A DNA stretch of 64,000 nucleotides from Lama glama (Eukaryota). Below are positions 10,715 to 23,354 of the stretch, one piece after another. Under the pieces are notes generated by a model, which saw only the letters and a program-made list of their open reading frames with translations, was not told where the DNA came from and made no database searches. How positions within the stretch are numbered: position 1 is the first letter of the stretch; the number at the start of each line of letters is the position of its first letter. Both the position numbers and the translations under genes were made by a program. The stretch is taken from positions 17,608,001 through 17,672,000 of the forward strand of contig CM052817.1 of assembly GCA_028534125.1 (NCBI GenBank). Direction: 5' to 3'.

Positions 10715-11560
10715 AGGTAAGACGCAGTTCCATTGTGTAGTCTGGGAGACCAGCCTGGCTACGGAGCAGGTGAAATCGGTCCCTTGTGTTCCTTCCTGTG
10801 ATTTCTTAACTCTTTTTTATGTGTCTTTAGTCTAGTGCTTGTCACTGCTCCTTGCAAACAGAACAGGTCTAAATCAACACAACCACACTGAGTTTTCAGG
10901 CAGCTAAAATCTCATTATTTTTTCCTAAGCTTCCCTCACTCTGGCATTGATTTTTTTTAACTTTTTTTAAATTTATAATCATTTTACAATGTTGTGTCAA
11001 ATTCCAGTGTAGAGCACAATTTTTCAGTTATACATGAACATATGTATATTCATTGTCACATTTTCTTCTCTGTGAGCTACCATAAGATCTTGTGTATATT
11101 TCCCTGTGCTATACAGTATAATCTTGTTTATCTATTCTACAATTTTGAAATCCCAGTCTATCCCTTCCCACCCTCGGCCCCCTTGGCAACCACAAGTTTG
11201 TATTCTACGTCTATGAGTCTGTTTCTGTTTTGTATTTATGCTTTGTTTGTTTGTTTTTGTTTTTGTTTTTCTTAGATTCCACATATGAGCGATCTCATAT
11301 GGTATTTTTCTTTCTCTTTCTGGCTTACTTCACTTAGAATGACATTCTTCAGGAAGATTTTTTTTCTTTGAGACAAAATGCAGTAGTTTACATTTTTCTG
11401 AGTTTCATTTCATCTTCATTCTTGTTTCCAATGGTGCTCCCCAGCCTGTCAAGTCCAACTGAACCTTAGTTGGATGACCTGTCATACAAGCCATTCCTCT
11501 CTGCCTTAGGTCTTCTGGAAATTTTATAAGTATGTCTTGAGGTGTCTTCATTGAGAAAAT
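10715..11560 (-). mobile_element. L3/CR1 LINE relic interrupted by a younger L1
   Basis: Minus-strand translation 'LIKFPEDLRQRG...VQLDLTGW...MKMK' resembles the CR1 RT motif LIKFADDTKLGG..IQ.DL..W...MKF; flanks on both sides of the L1 resemble L3. Confidence 0.65.
10959..11355 (-). mobile_element. Young lineage-specific L1, 5'-truncated 3' end
   Basis: T-rich tail, then 'ataatcattttacaatgttgtgtcaaattccagtgtagagcacaattt...tggcttacttcacttagaatgac'; candidate TSD 'gatttttttt' 10949-10958 / 11356-11365. Confidence 0.9.
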
Positions 11561-11673
11561 TGCTGAATTTTTAAACTCTGCTGGAGTGGATGGAGCCTTC
11601 CTGCAGAATTTCATAGTCATTTAAGTGTTTAAAAATTTCACAACCTCTACCAGAAAATTAATAGTGTCAGACA

Positions 11674-11876
11674 CCACGCTTATCTCTGTAACTCTGTTGC
11701 TTTGATGTTGTGCTGCTGTGCATAGAAATATGTGCATATGTGCATCCAGAAGAAAAACACCATAGCTTTATGAGTTAAGTACTGCTTTGATTCAGTTTAC
11801 ACTGGAATTTTTTCTCCCAGTGAAATGTAAGTTAAACTTAGTGTTTGTCACCAATAAATGGTAATACTTTTTATAA
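11674..11876 (+). pseudogene. Possible retroposed mRNA 3' end (5'-truncated processed copy), source unknown
   Basis: Exact 14-bp flanking repeat 'aatagtgtcagaca' (11660-11673, 11877-11890); AATAAA at 11853-11858 just inside the right repeat. Confidence 0.45.
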
Positions 11877-12239
11877 AATAGTGTCAGACAAATAGGTAGG
11901 AACGATGTAAGCAGGGATTAGGTGACTTTAAGATCAAGTGTCCACAGCCCCACCCAAAGTCAATATGAAACTCCCCTGAGAATCCCTTCCCTTCAGTTAC
12001 TCTTCCACAAAGGCACTAGCCCTTTTTGAGGTCCAGTGCAAATATCTGTTCTGTATTTATTATTCTAACATGTCAACGTCCTCTTCCTATTTGCCACCAT
12101 GAGCTGTTTTGAGACAGGGACAATTGTTGTCATTTGGTTAAACAGAATACAGGATTAGGGGCTTCTCAAATACTGGATGGGGAAAAATGGGATGAGTCAC
12201 AGTAACATGCAGGATGTTTCTATAAAAACCTCTTTTAAC

Positions 12240-12870
12240 CATTTAATAAACATAACAGATCAATGGCGAAGGAAAGGATTACTCAGTAAACAATGGCAGG
12301 ATATTCATCAGACATCTTGAGGAGGAAAAACGCTATTTCAGCCTTAAATTCATACCATACATCAAAATAAATTCCAGAAAGATTAAAGAGACAGATGATG
12401 CAAACGCAAATCATTAAATAGACATACAGATCAATGGAACAGAACTGAGAGTCCAGAAATAAATTCTTACATTTATTCTTACGTTTGTGGTCAATTGATT
12501 TTCAACGAAGGTGCCAACACAATTCACTGGTGAAAGGACAGCCTTTGTAATAAGTGCTGCTGGGACAACTGGATAGTCACAAGCAGAAAGATTCTTCCCT
12601 CCACGTTAAACACTAAATTTAACCCAGATTGGATAGTGGACTTGAATGTAAGTGCTAAGACAATAACACATTTAGAAGATAACATAGGAGAAAATCTTCA
12701 AGACCGTGAGTTAGGCAAAGATCTCACCAATATGTCACCACGAGTATGAGCCACAAAAGAACAAATTGGTAAATCAGAACTCATGCAGCTCAAAAACCTT
12801 CATGCTTCGCAAGACAACATTAAGAAAATGAAAAGATAAGCAACAGACTGGGAGAAAATATTTGCAAACA
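12240..12870 (+). mobile_element. L1M ORF2 C-terminal fragments
   Basis: 'gatcaatggaacagaactgagagtccagaaataaat...ggtcaattgattttcaac...tgctgggacaactggata...acagactgggagaaaatatttgcaaa' (DQWNR.ESPEIN/GQLIF/CW.NW/WEKIFA). Confidence 0.85.
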
Positions 12871-13300
12871 TGACTCCTGCTCTCACGGAGTTTATCTTCT
12901 TTAGAGGGTATGGGGGACACAGACACAAATTAGCAAATAACAAAATATCAAACCATGCATGATTAGTGCTCTGCAGAAGACAAAAGGACTGTGACGTGTT
13001 GACTGTTGTCCATGTTAGAGTGTGTAATTAGGAAAGAGTTCTTTGCTGAGATGTTATACATCAAGCAATTTGAACTCTGAGTAATAAGCAAAGAGTCAGT
13101 CACATGAAGAACCATAGGGAGCATCCAATGGGCAGAAGCCGCAGCATGTGCAAAGGCCCTAAGGTGGACAAGAAACGATGGCAGGTGAGGCTCTGTTCAT
13201 TTGAGCAGGAGGGAGAGTGATACCAGATGGGGTGGGAGACTTAGGAGGATGCCTGGCCCCAGAGGTCTTTGTGAACTAAGATGAAAAAGTGTCTGTCCTT
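12871..13300 (-). mobile_element. L2 LINE fragment
   Basis: 'cctgctctcacggagtttatcttct...gcagcatgtgcaaaggccctaaggtgg'. Confidence 0.7.
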
Positions 13301-13984
13301 AAAAGTAACTGAGTCAGATCAAAGAATGATCTCTACTGAACAGAGAATAGAGTCCAAGAGGGTGTATCACTCAGAATTCTGAGCTGCAAATGAACAAAGC
13401 TGACTCTGGCTGGTGTAGCAGAAAGAAACTTAATTTAATTAATTTATTTAAAGGGCTTTATTTTAAAAGAATATTGGGCAACACAGAGATATTTTTGGAG
13501 GACCTGAAAAACAAGACTTAGGGTCAAGGGTCCAGGGACAATTTCTAAAACCATAAGTGGGGAAGCCCCACTGCTGATGTTCCACTGGGGGTACTTCTGT
13601 GTGTTGAACTTAACTTGGCATCCTTGCCACCCCCAAAGCTTTTGCTGTTTCAAAAAAAAAAAAAAATCTGCACAGACGTTCCTTTTCCAAGCTGCTCCCT
13701 GTGAAATCAAAGTTTCCAAAGCGTGCTGAGTGGCAGAGCCTGGTCACCAGGTTACATCCTAGTTGCAAAGGAAGCTGGGAATTTGAGTTTTCTAGACTCT
13801 AAATTCAGGGAGTAAAACTTCCAAGGCTGGCATTTTCTCATGTATAAGAAGGATGCTTTTAAAATTACTAGGAAGTCAGAAAACATAATAAAATCCAGTA
13901 AATGGAAGGAGAATCACAAGGCTGTTGCAGCATTTCAGGTGAGGGATAGTGAGAGACTTGACCAGCGGATACCATACAATAGGA

Positions 13985-14173
13985 CAGTGGCTCCCAAAGT
14001 ATGGCCCAGACCAGCAGCATCCACATCCTCTGAAAACTTTGTTAGACGTGCAAATTTCAGGCCCCACCCTGAACTTACTAAATTTGAAACTCTGAGGGTG
14101 AGTGTGGCTCAGCAATTTGTCTTTAAAAAACCACCCAGATGATTATGAAGCACGCTAGAGTTTAAGAACCAAG
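13985..14173. mobile_element. MER5A hAT-Charlie MITE
   Basis: 'cagtggctcccaaagtatggcccagaccagcagcatc...tttgttagacgtgcaaatttcaggccccaccctgaac...agtttaagaacca'. Confidence 0.85.
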
Positions 14174-14525
14174 TACTGGCATCACACTGGGGTTAGAGCT
14201 TCAGTGCATGAATCTGGGAGGCGGCCATGAGCCAGTCCAGAGTAGATAACGTAATATCAAGAAGATTCCTTCTCTTTGCTAACGTGAGTGTAAGGTACAT
14301 GAATCTGTGACGTTGCTACATTAGTACCTTCAAACCCTTCTCCTCAACTCCCATCCCTCCCACCCCTCCCCTCATCAGACTCTCATATAGACAAACTGCG
14401 TCCTCATCTGTCCCTAGATCTCTGATTTTGCCATCTGGCCTCCAGTGCACCTTCCGCTCACCAGACTGACTTCATGAAATAGGCAATTCTCTCTACGCCA
14501 GTCCTTAGCCCCAAACCCCATAGCT

Positions 14526-14683
14526 CAATGGTGTTTCCAAAATGTGCCTAATTCTAAGAATCACCAGGGCGTTTGTTAGTCAGACCCACACCCCTCCCAA
14601 TGGTTTTGGAGTGAGTCTGAGGCATCCAGAATTTGATTAGGAGTCAACCAAGTGATGCTTATCATCCAGTTCGAGAAACACTG
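14526..14683. mobile_element. MER5A1/MER5-type MITE nested in an L2 (L2 spans ~14290-15160)
   Basis: Termini 'caatggtgtttccaaa'...'tcgagaaacactg'; internal 'aagaatcaccagggcgtttgtta'. Confidence 0.65.
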
Positions 14684-15215
14684 CTCCACAGGTTAAAGTT
14701 CAAGAATCTTAGCAAAGCACAAATACGACTCTGTAAACTGGCCTCATCCTTTCTCTCCAGCTTCCTGCCACTCCCCTACCCTGCCCCCAGCACTCCAACT
14801 CCAGCCACGGGGAGTTGCTTGTGGCTCCTGGGCACCCCATTCTTCCTTGTGCTCCCCTGAGTTAGCATCTGCCTCTCTGTCTGAAAGGGTGCCCTCCTTT
14901 CTCCTGGTTACCTAACCAGCTCCTCATCTTTCACCTCCCAGCTCAAGCCGCCTTCTTCCATGAAGGCCATGGAGTGTGTCTCCACTGCAACAACCATTTC
15001 GGTTTTATATTTGCTTATTTGCAGGTTTGCTTCCCCACCAGATCAATAGGTCCTCCAGAGAAGCAAATGTGTCTTCTCGTCTTTGTATCCCTGACTCCTT
15101 GAACAGAACCAGGCTCAATCCAAGTACCCAATGGATGCCTGCTGACTTAATCAATTAGTAAATTACTGTGGGCAGGACAAAGAAATTCAACAGAATTGCA
15201 TATTCCTTAAGAACT

Positions 15216-15243
<28 letters not shown>
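15216..15243. repeat. (CA)n microsatellite
   Basis: Direct reading. Confidence 0.95.
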
Positions 15244-15246
<3 letters not shown>

Positions 15247-16969
15247 CTCTCCCACACACCCAGTCGTATCCAAAGAGAAGACGAATGCCACCCAATATGG
15301 AAACTAAGGCACTAGCTATTGCAGCCAATAATGGTAATGATTAACCACAAGCCACTCCCTCTCTGGGTTCAGATCCAAATGAGAGATGGACAGAGGGCTT
15401 GGTCAGAAATGGGGAAGAAGCTGCATTGTTTCTGGCAGTGAGGCTGGAGAAGGTGGAGGCTTCTGTCTAAGACATGGTTGGGCTTCTGAATATTTTCCTC
15501 TGACTGAAGACCTTGGCACAGACCCTCTCCCAGAAGACGGGCCAGAGTCCTAACCCACAGGTCTGCTTCCACCCGGACGCCGAGGATGCCTGCTTCCAGA
15601 GAGCAGGCTGCTCTGCGGGAGAGCCTTAGAAGAGCCTTCCCCTATCTCACCCTCCAGAGGAAGTCACTTCTCTTTCTAGGGGGCGAAGATGGAAGAGTGG
15701 GGAGTGACAGACATGTTTCTCCCACGTGCTTCTCTCCTGGGAGGGGACCAAGAGGCCCCGCCCCCATGGAAATGTGGGGCGTGGGGGCACATTCCCCTCA
15801 CTGAGCCCCACAAGGAAGTGCTTCAAGATGGGCTGATATCTGTAGAGTCAGGTTTAAGAAGGAAGTGAGCAGCAGTTTTTCCAAAGTCAGAAAGGAAATG
15901 GAAAAGTTTACATCACGTGAATCTCTGGAGGGCTGAGAAGGATCCTGTATGAGACTCAGAGTCTGAAGTTCAAATTCTCCCCAACTTCAGCCAGCTTGTA
16001 AGAAGGTGGAGGTGCCACTTAATATCTCTAGGCCTCCCTCCAGTCATCCACCAGACTAGGAGTGAGGAGGTTAATCGGTCCTGGCTCTGGTCAAGTTCGA
16101 GATGAAGGCGGAAGGGCTGGGTGGACTCAGTAGTACCTATTATCATGGGTACCAGTAAGAACCAGTGTCACACTCAACACATGGGTGACTAGGGAATCCA
16201 CACCACTGACACTCTGGTGGCTGGCCCTCCCTCATCGACCTCTCCCCCCACTTTTCCTGCTAGATCTGCCCACCTCACCAACCTCTTTCAGCATCCGCTC
16301 TGCCCCCAGACCCCAAGAGACGGAATTTGTGTTTTCTGCCCCCTCAAATGCTGCTGCAGTTAACATTTAAGAACTCTCCCACACTAACCGCAGTCTCTGT
16401 GCCCTTAAACCATGCTCTGACGTTATCACTGCGTCTGGTTCGGAGGTTCTAGGGATTCGCGTGTCTCAAAAATGAGCCCCCTTTTTTTATCAGATAGAGT
16501 TCTGAATTTAGTGGAGAACGGTCTTCCACGGCACAAGCAAACCCCCACCCTAGAGGCTCTTCCTAAATGTTAGATGTTGATGGCAAACTCTCTAGCCATA
16601 TTCCCTACAGCTGCCCCCTCTCTCATGTGTCCACACCAGCAAAATTTAGACCCGGGAAGGTCTGCCCAGTCATCAGACGCATCCTGTAGATAAGGACCAC
16701 AATTTCTAGAGGAACTAAGCAACCTGGCCAAGATCCCACTGCAAGAAAGAGGCTAAGTAGGGAGCTTCCTGGGGACTTTTTTCTCACCTGCTGAGACTGG
16801 AGTCGGGAAAGCAGACCTCTGGCCCCCAGCTAGTGCAAATGTGGTCAGCCCCTTGAAGTCTGGCTCAGTCCTAGACTCTGCATATTTACCTCCTATGTGC
16901 CAGGCACCAGGTGAAGCCTTTCACAGACATCACCTTATTGAATCCTCATAACAGCCCGAGATGTGCAGC

Positions 16970-17130
16970 CTCAGGGAAGCTACTTAACCTTTCTATGTCT
17001 CGGTTTCCCCATCTGAAAAAGTGGATTCTAAAAAGTCCCCACCTCTTAGGGTGGCTGTGACGGTCTCATGAGTTAACACACTTATAGCGCTTAGAACAGT
17101 GCTGGGCAGAGCAAGCACTATCTGATTAAG
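16970..17130 (+). mobile_element. MIR SINE
   Basis: 'acttaacctttctatgtctcggtttccccatctgaaaaa...gcgcttagaacagtgctgggca'. Confidence 0.75.
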
Positions 17131-18599
17131 TATTTGTGATATAAATAATGGTACAAGGACAGTGGTGGATACAGGAACACTGAGGAGGAGGGCCCCTGCC
17201 CCAGGCCTAACAGGTGAGAGAAAATTTCCTAGGAAGCCACCTACCTGGTGAAGCGCTAAGCCACGTTGCCACTAGGGGACTACAGGGGACATTTTCTCTA
17301 GTCCCCTCCAATGGTCACATGTGAAATGCTGCTTCGGAGGAGAGTAAATGTTCCCTCCAACACGTAGATACTTGTGCTGGTCCTTACTTACAGGCAGACT
17401 GACGTTGGAGAACTCGTGTTCCCCCATCTGACCAACTCTGAGAACAATGCCAGAGGCTTCCTGTAATGAAAGGGACTAAAAATACTTTTTGATGTTGGAG
17501 AAGTGGAGGTTGAGCAACACTGACTGAGTGAAATACAGAAACAATTCCAAATGGTAGCCAAGCAGCCATTGCAAGCCGCCCACCTGGCCTTTGATCTCTC
17601 AATCTTGCCCTAAGACTCGGTGTGTCTTGTTTTGTTCTGGGAGGCCATGCTGTGTCTTTGTGTTTGCAAGCTTCATCTAATTGTCTAGAGAAAAAAGTTG
17701 TTCAACTGTGACTAATGTTGAATTATAGCGTGAGATGGTTGCCAGTAAATTGAACACCTAAATAATATAACTTTCTCCCCTTTGCAACCCTTTGAAGAGC
17801 TTGAAGAACTGGGAATTTGCTTAGTGCTTTTGGACTCAACAACCACTTCCGTATTTATTACCAAATTATTGTTAGAATCAGGTAACTTCACATACCATCA
17901 TAGTTTCGGTTAAATTTAACTTCTGTTAAACCCCAGCGGAATAGTCTTTATGGTTTGTAAAACTCATCATGTATATTATTTCCTCTTACTCTCTTCCCAG
18001 CTCAATAAGAGATAGTCACGACCCCCACCACAACCACCCACTTTTAAAGATGAAGAAACCGAAGCACAGGGCAGTGAGGAACTTGTCTGAGCTCACACGG
18101 CGGGCGGATGACAGCCAGCCTTCTGATGGTACAGCAGCCCCTCATTCCATGCCTCCCCGCCAACTCCCTGGAATTCCATTTTATTCTCTGTTTGGGGTAT
18201 CCTCCTTGTTATAAATTTTCTCTGTTTATGATGGCCGATCTCCAAAAGAGGCCTCAGCCTGGCCAAGAGGAACCTTCTCTTTCTCTTTGCAAGTAAGTTT
18301 TTCCTCTTCTCCTGTCTGGAAAAGGTGGCTCAGCAGCCAATTCAGTGAGCAATTCAGTGATTTAGGAACAAATATGTGGTAGAGCTGAGTCTCTCCAGAT
18401 GTTGAGCAAAATGAGCTAACTAAGGCACACTTGGACTTTTGGGGTCTGACACCTCTTTTGGCCAAACAAAGGGAACGGGGGCCCCATAAACACTTGAAAG
18501 ATTAATGATAATATTCTTATTCAAGAAGGCCTACTATGTACAGATGCTCTACAGGAAGCTGGGACTCAGGATGACTAGCTGGTGAATAATTATATGATT

Positions 18600-18965
18600 A
18601 TGTGATAAAATATTACAATTTGCTTCCCTTCCATTTCCGTCCCTACAGGAGGATTTTCCACCTTTGCACTGTTGAACTCAGGAGTGGCTGGATGATTGGT
18701 ATCGGCCTATGACAAGTACACAGAGGTGACACATGTCTTCCAGCTCATGTTGGGCTCCTCTGTTTTCCATGTGCCACACTGGCTGGCAATATTCCAGAGA
18801 CAGGCTGCCCTGGGTCCCAGAGAGGGTTGGGGAAGCCAAGCTTTAGCCAGTGCAGAATGGCCATGTCATATAAGCAAGCCCTCTTTCTCTGCTGTGTGTT
18901 TAACCACTAATGTTTTCATATGGTTGTTACAGCAGCAGGATCTAGCCTCTCCCAACTGGTAAATT
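18600..18965 (+). mobile_element. Old MLT1 LTR
   Basis: 3' end 'tgtgtttaaccactaatgttttcatatggttgttacagcagcaggatctagcctctcccaactggta'. Confidence 0.55.
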
Positions 18966-19532
18966 TGCATGAGCTCCCATAACTCGCACATAATTGAACC
19001 AAAATAGTTTTCCAGAATTAAATGAATGCCTACTAAGTTGGATTAACTATGCTAAGTGCTTTCCCTATATTATCTTAATGAGTCTTCACAATGACCCTGT
19101 AACTTGTATGTAGAGTTCTTCTCCCAATATTTCAATCAGGGACATTTCAGCTCACATTGCTCAAAAGGAGCAGATCCAGGACTTGAACCCAGATTGCTCT
19201 GAATTCCTACCTCAGTTTCATAATGACTACTTCATGCTGTATCCTTGTTCACTTCTTCAGGACACAGAGCTGGGGAGATTGAAAAAGAGTAGACTGCATT
19301 TTCTCACCAGTATCAGACTGTCAGATGGCACTCATGCACTTATAAAGTCAAGAGAATAACAATAATGTGAACCACCCCAAATTATGAACAATTACCTAAG
19401 GAACACCCTGTCTATGGACAAAGGAGGTGGATATATTTGTTGCTTCCTTGACACGTCTCCATTCCTGCTTAACTCCTTCTTCAGTTTAGAAATCCTGCTC
19501 AGCTACTGACCTAAAGTTCCTACCTTTCTCCT

Positions 19533-19638
19533 TCTCCTCCTCCTCCTCCTTTTCCTTCTTGATGGAGGTACTGGGTATTGAACCTAAGACCTCGAGCATG
19601 CTAAGCACATGCTCTACCACTTAGCTATACTCACCCCC
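19533..19638 (-). mobile_element. tRNA-Ala-derived SINE (camelid vic-1 type)
   Basis: Minus strand 'ggggtgagtatagctaagtggtagagcatgtgcttagcatgctcgaggtcttaggttcaatacccagtacctcca' resembles tRNA-Ala(AGC); purine-rich tail. Confidence 0.85.
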
Positions 19639-21374
19639 ACTACCCTCTTCTTGGTGCACAAATGAAGATACAAGGTCTACCTTCCACTCTGACAGCAGAC
19701 AAACAGTATCTCAGGGAATGGAAACAACAAAGACTTTGGAAGGAAACAGATCTGAGTTCAAGTTTCGACTTTGCTGCTTACTAGATTGGGGACTGGGTGA
19801 GTTGCTTGAGAAAGTCTGCACCTATAAAATGGAACACATAAGATAATTATGCCTACCTCACTGGACTATCGGGAGCAGAAATTGGGATCGTTTGACAAGT
19901 ATCTTGGTCAGGGCCTGGCATATAATAGGTACTTGATGGATATTAGTTCCTTTAAGAATTTACCCAAAAAACATGGCATGGATCCTCTGCTTTCCTGACT
20001 GCCCTTGCCCTTTGCCTGTAATCCCTGCCCCTCACCCCCTGCCCACACACACCTTCCATGCTGACTCCAGGGGAGGTGCTGGCTTCCACTTGTATGTGTT
20101 TCCTGATCTGACTGGGGCCTCAGCATACATCTTCGTCCTGAGAACTTGGTTTGGAAATGGAGATTGGGTGGCTTGAAAACTAGACTGGGCTTGAAGAATG
20201 TTAAGAGTTAAACAAACCAGAGACAAGTTTTGGAAATTAATTATTTTTAGAAATATCATTTATAGGGGAAAATGCAAACCAAGTTCCAAATACTCAACTC
20301 CCAGCAAACATGTGGATCACAATCCTTTGAAACTGAGAGGTAAATACACATGCTTGTATATATTTATACCAATCATTTCCTTATATGTATTTATTCCAGT
20401 TATTAAACAAAAATTATGTATTTTGACCATTTCCAACTAACTCCTACAGTTACTAAAACATTTTCTAAGTGACCAATAAAATACCATCTTTTTCTCAGCC
20501 CTTCAGCCCTCAAGCTGAGGTGTGGAGCAGGGGACCCACGAGTCAACCTGAGGTCCATTCTCTCTGAGTCATTGATCTCCTCACCTTTTTCTTAAGAAAA
20601 TCAGTAAGGAAGGCTTTTCAAACATGCAACTCCTTCCACAGTGGAAGCCTGAAGATCAGGCCTGGTAATCCTTGAGGTTTCTTCAATGAAGACACAGAAG
20701 AAAGAAATTCCATTTGACCATTGACACATTGACATTTTCTCTCCATTCACCATATCGACCATGTTGAGAAGATAGTACAGTGTGTGTTTCTTCACCATGT
20801 TATCCATGTAATTCAGATTCTCTCCTGGACACAAACAAACATCAGTGAGATGCCAAAAAGGGCAGATAGAGCCCAGGGACTCAGGCAGACCTGATTTCAA
20901 ACCCTGTCTCTGATGTGAACAACTTCTATAATGGAGGCAAGAAGTTTAACCTGTGGGCTGCAGTCCCTCAACCATAAAATGGGGATAATAATTCCCACTT
21001 CACAGAGTATTGCAAGGATTAAAGACCTTGTATAACGCTACCTAGTGCACAATACCTACTCAAGGAATGACTACTGTCATTAATGGAATCTAAGGTCAAG
21101 TTGACAATCTGATGTTATGTGTGTCAGCTGAGGAAGAATTGCATTTCAAAAACCCATCAGATTGAGTCTCAAGCATCAGGCTAATGATTTATCCAGTTCC
21201 TGATTTACTCAGACAAATATGGAATTGGGATTTCTGGTTAAAACTAAATCTTCCTATAGATTAATATTAATGCTCTAAGCAGCCTATTTACTTTTTAAGG
21301 AAAAATTAATTATGCTATTTTAGGGAATACACGGAGACCAGTATAAAGTGAGGTGAGTGACAAAAAGTAGTCAT

Positions 21375-21878
21375 AAATTTATGCAATCCCTGTATGCATT
21401 CTTCATTGTTTTATGATTTTGTTCCTCCCCCCACCACAAAATAGAGTTCATTTCTTGACACCTTGACTCTAGGCTTGGCTTTGTAATTTACTTTGATCAA
21501 CAGGTCAAGAGCAAATGTGATTTAGACAGAGGCACACTGGAGTGTGCCCTCTCTTGCTTCCCTGAGACCACCACGTAAAGAACCTCAGGGTAGCCTACTA
21601 GAGGATGAGAAACCACATGGAGTAGCAGTAGGTTTTCTCAGCTGGTAACAAACACTAACTTCCAGACATGTAAGTGAAACCATTTTGGACCAACCAGCCT
21701 CGGTTAAGCTACCAGATACCGGCAGCCATAAAATTGCCCCCAAGTGAAACCAACAGATGAGCCATCCGGCTGAGCCCAGCCCAAATTGCTGACCCACAGA
21801 ATCATGAGCAAGTAACACGGTTGTTGTCTTAAACAGTTTTGAGATGGTTTGTCATGCACAAAAGGTAACTCATTCACA
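21375..21878 (+). mobile_element. MLT1G/H-like LTR
   Basis: 'ccggctgagcccagcccaaattgctgacccacagaatcatgagcaagtaa...gagatggtttgtcatgca...taactcattca'. Confidence 0.75.
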
Positions 21879-22232
21879 GTCTTTCACAGGTGGTTCTTTG
21901 GGTGGCTGCTGGGTTCACAGTAAATCCCCAATCTCTAGGCATTGCCCCTAAGTCATAGCTGCCCTGCTCCCTTGGCCATAGTTTCTTGATCAAGAGTGAG
22001 CCCTGTATGAGACTGGGCCAATCACATTCCCTCTCACATCACAGCAGTGCTGTAGATGGCTGGCCCACCTACTGACATTGCTGAGGGTCCGGGGTTGCCT
22101 TGGTTCTGCTCTTTTCAAGGCCTGGTTGTTCTAGTTCCTTATATTTGATGAGCTTCCCTGGTATCCTTCAGATCAGTTCCATTTCTCTTCAAGATAACTA
22201 GCTTTGCTTTCTGTTCTTTATACTCCCAAAAT

Positions 22233-22450
22233 TCTTTTTTAAAAATTTTTGTTGAAGTATAGTTGATTTTCAATATTATATTAGTTATAAGTGTATAGCA
22301 TAGTGATTCAGTATTTTTACAGATTTTAATTCATTAAAAGTTATTATAAGATAATGGGTATAATCCCCTGTGCTATACAATATATCCTTGTTACTTGTCC
22401 ATTTTATACACAGTTATTTGTATCTCTTAATCCCATAACCTCCAAATTCC
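22233..22450 (-). mobile_element. L1 3' end (cetartiodactyl type)
   Basis: 'ttgaagtatagttgattttcaatattatattagtt...atccctgtgctatacaa'. Confidence 0.85.
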
Positions 22451-22929
22451 TAATGAATAAAAGTCCCCATTGAAAAGTTTGACCCTCTAGATTTCTGAGG
22501 CAAGAGGCAAGCATAGTCGGTAAGTATATTTGAACGTTCCTTGTACACAGAACACCATGCCGGCCTCTGCAGAGGAAGAAAGGGTAAAAAGAAGGTACCA
22601 ACCTCACCCTCATGGAGTCTCCAATGTAAATGTCCTCCTGGCTCAATTTTCTCCCAACTTTTTCCTTGATTTATAGACTGGCAACTAAAGAGAATTCTGC
22701 CAAGTCAGTAGACTCTGAATTATTCCTAGTTAACTTGAATTCTAAGACTGTGTGTCATCATTAGCTTTACTGGGAAAACCCACAAGCACATCTGATTCTT
22801 CACTCCTTGCCTAAGGCCATTCACATCCTTGAAAGATGAGGAACTAAAATTCACTTCTCTTTCTGAGTATCCCACAGCCCAAAAAGGATCTAATGCCCTT
22901 CCTTGTGATTTTTAAGAAGACTCACTTAT

Positions 22930-22985
22930 CCTCTCTCTTTCTTTCTCTCCCTCTCTCTCCCTCTCTGTCTCTGTTTCTCTCTCTT
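22930..22985. repeat. Imperfect (CT)n tract
   Basis: Direct reading. Confidence 0.8.
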
Positions 22986-23354
22986 TCAATGCAACCCCTT
23001 TTAGAACTCAGGCAATATAAGAAAAGCATTCATCTAACTGATCTTGGCTTTCATTTTCACTTTTACTTGAGTGGGGAGGAAACTTGAAAGTAAACTTTGC
23101 AAGATGGGAGAAGAGTGTGGAATGACTCATGAACCACCACAACTAAATGTGAGGAAATCAAAGTAGAGCCTGATGGTATTTCATAACCTTCTCCCTATGC
23201 ATCTCCCTCAAACCAGGCCTTTGCTCCCAGAACTGAGGCAGCTCTCATCCACCCTGGTTCTCCCACAGTGTCCCTGAGTCTATTAAGGAGAAAGGGGCCT
23301 CCCCTTGCCCTGGTCTTCTGCTGTCTTATTGCAGTTAGAGCACCAAATACAAGC

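Noticed and set aside
10670-11876. Long processed pseudogene starting at the (GGT)n run, read as a decayed GGC-rich 5'UTR
   Set aside because: The intervening sequence is better explained as antisense L3/CR1 plus L1; no ORF remnant found.
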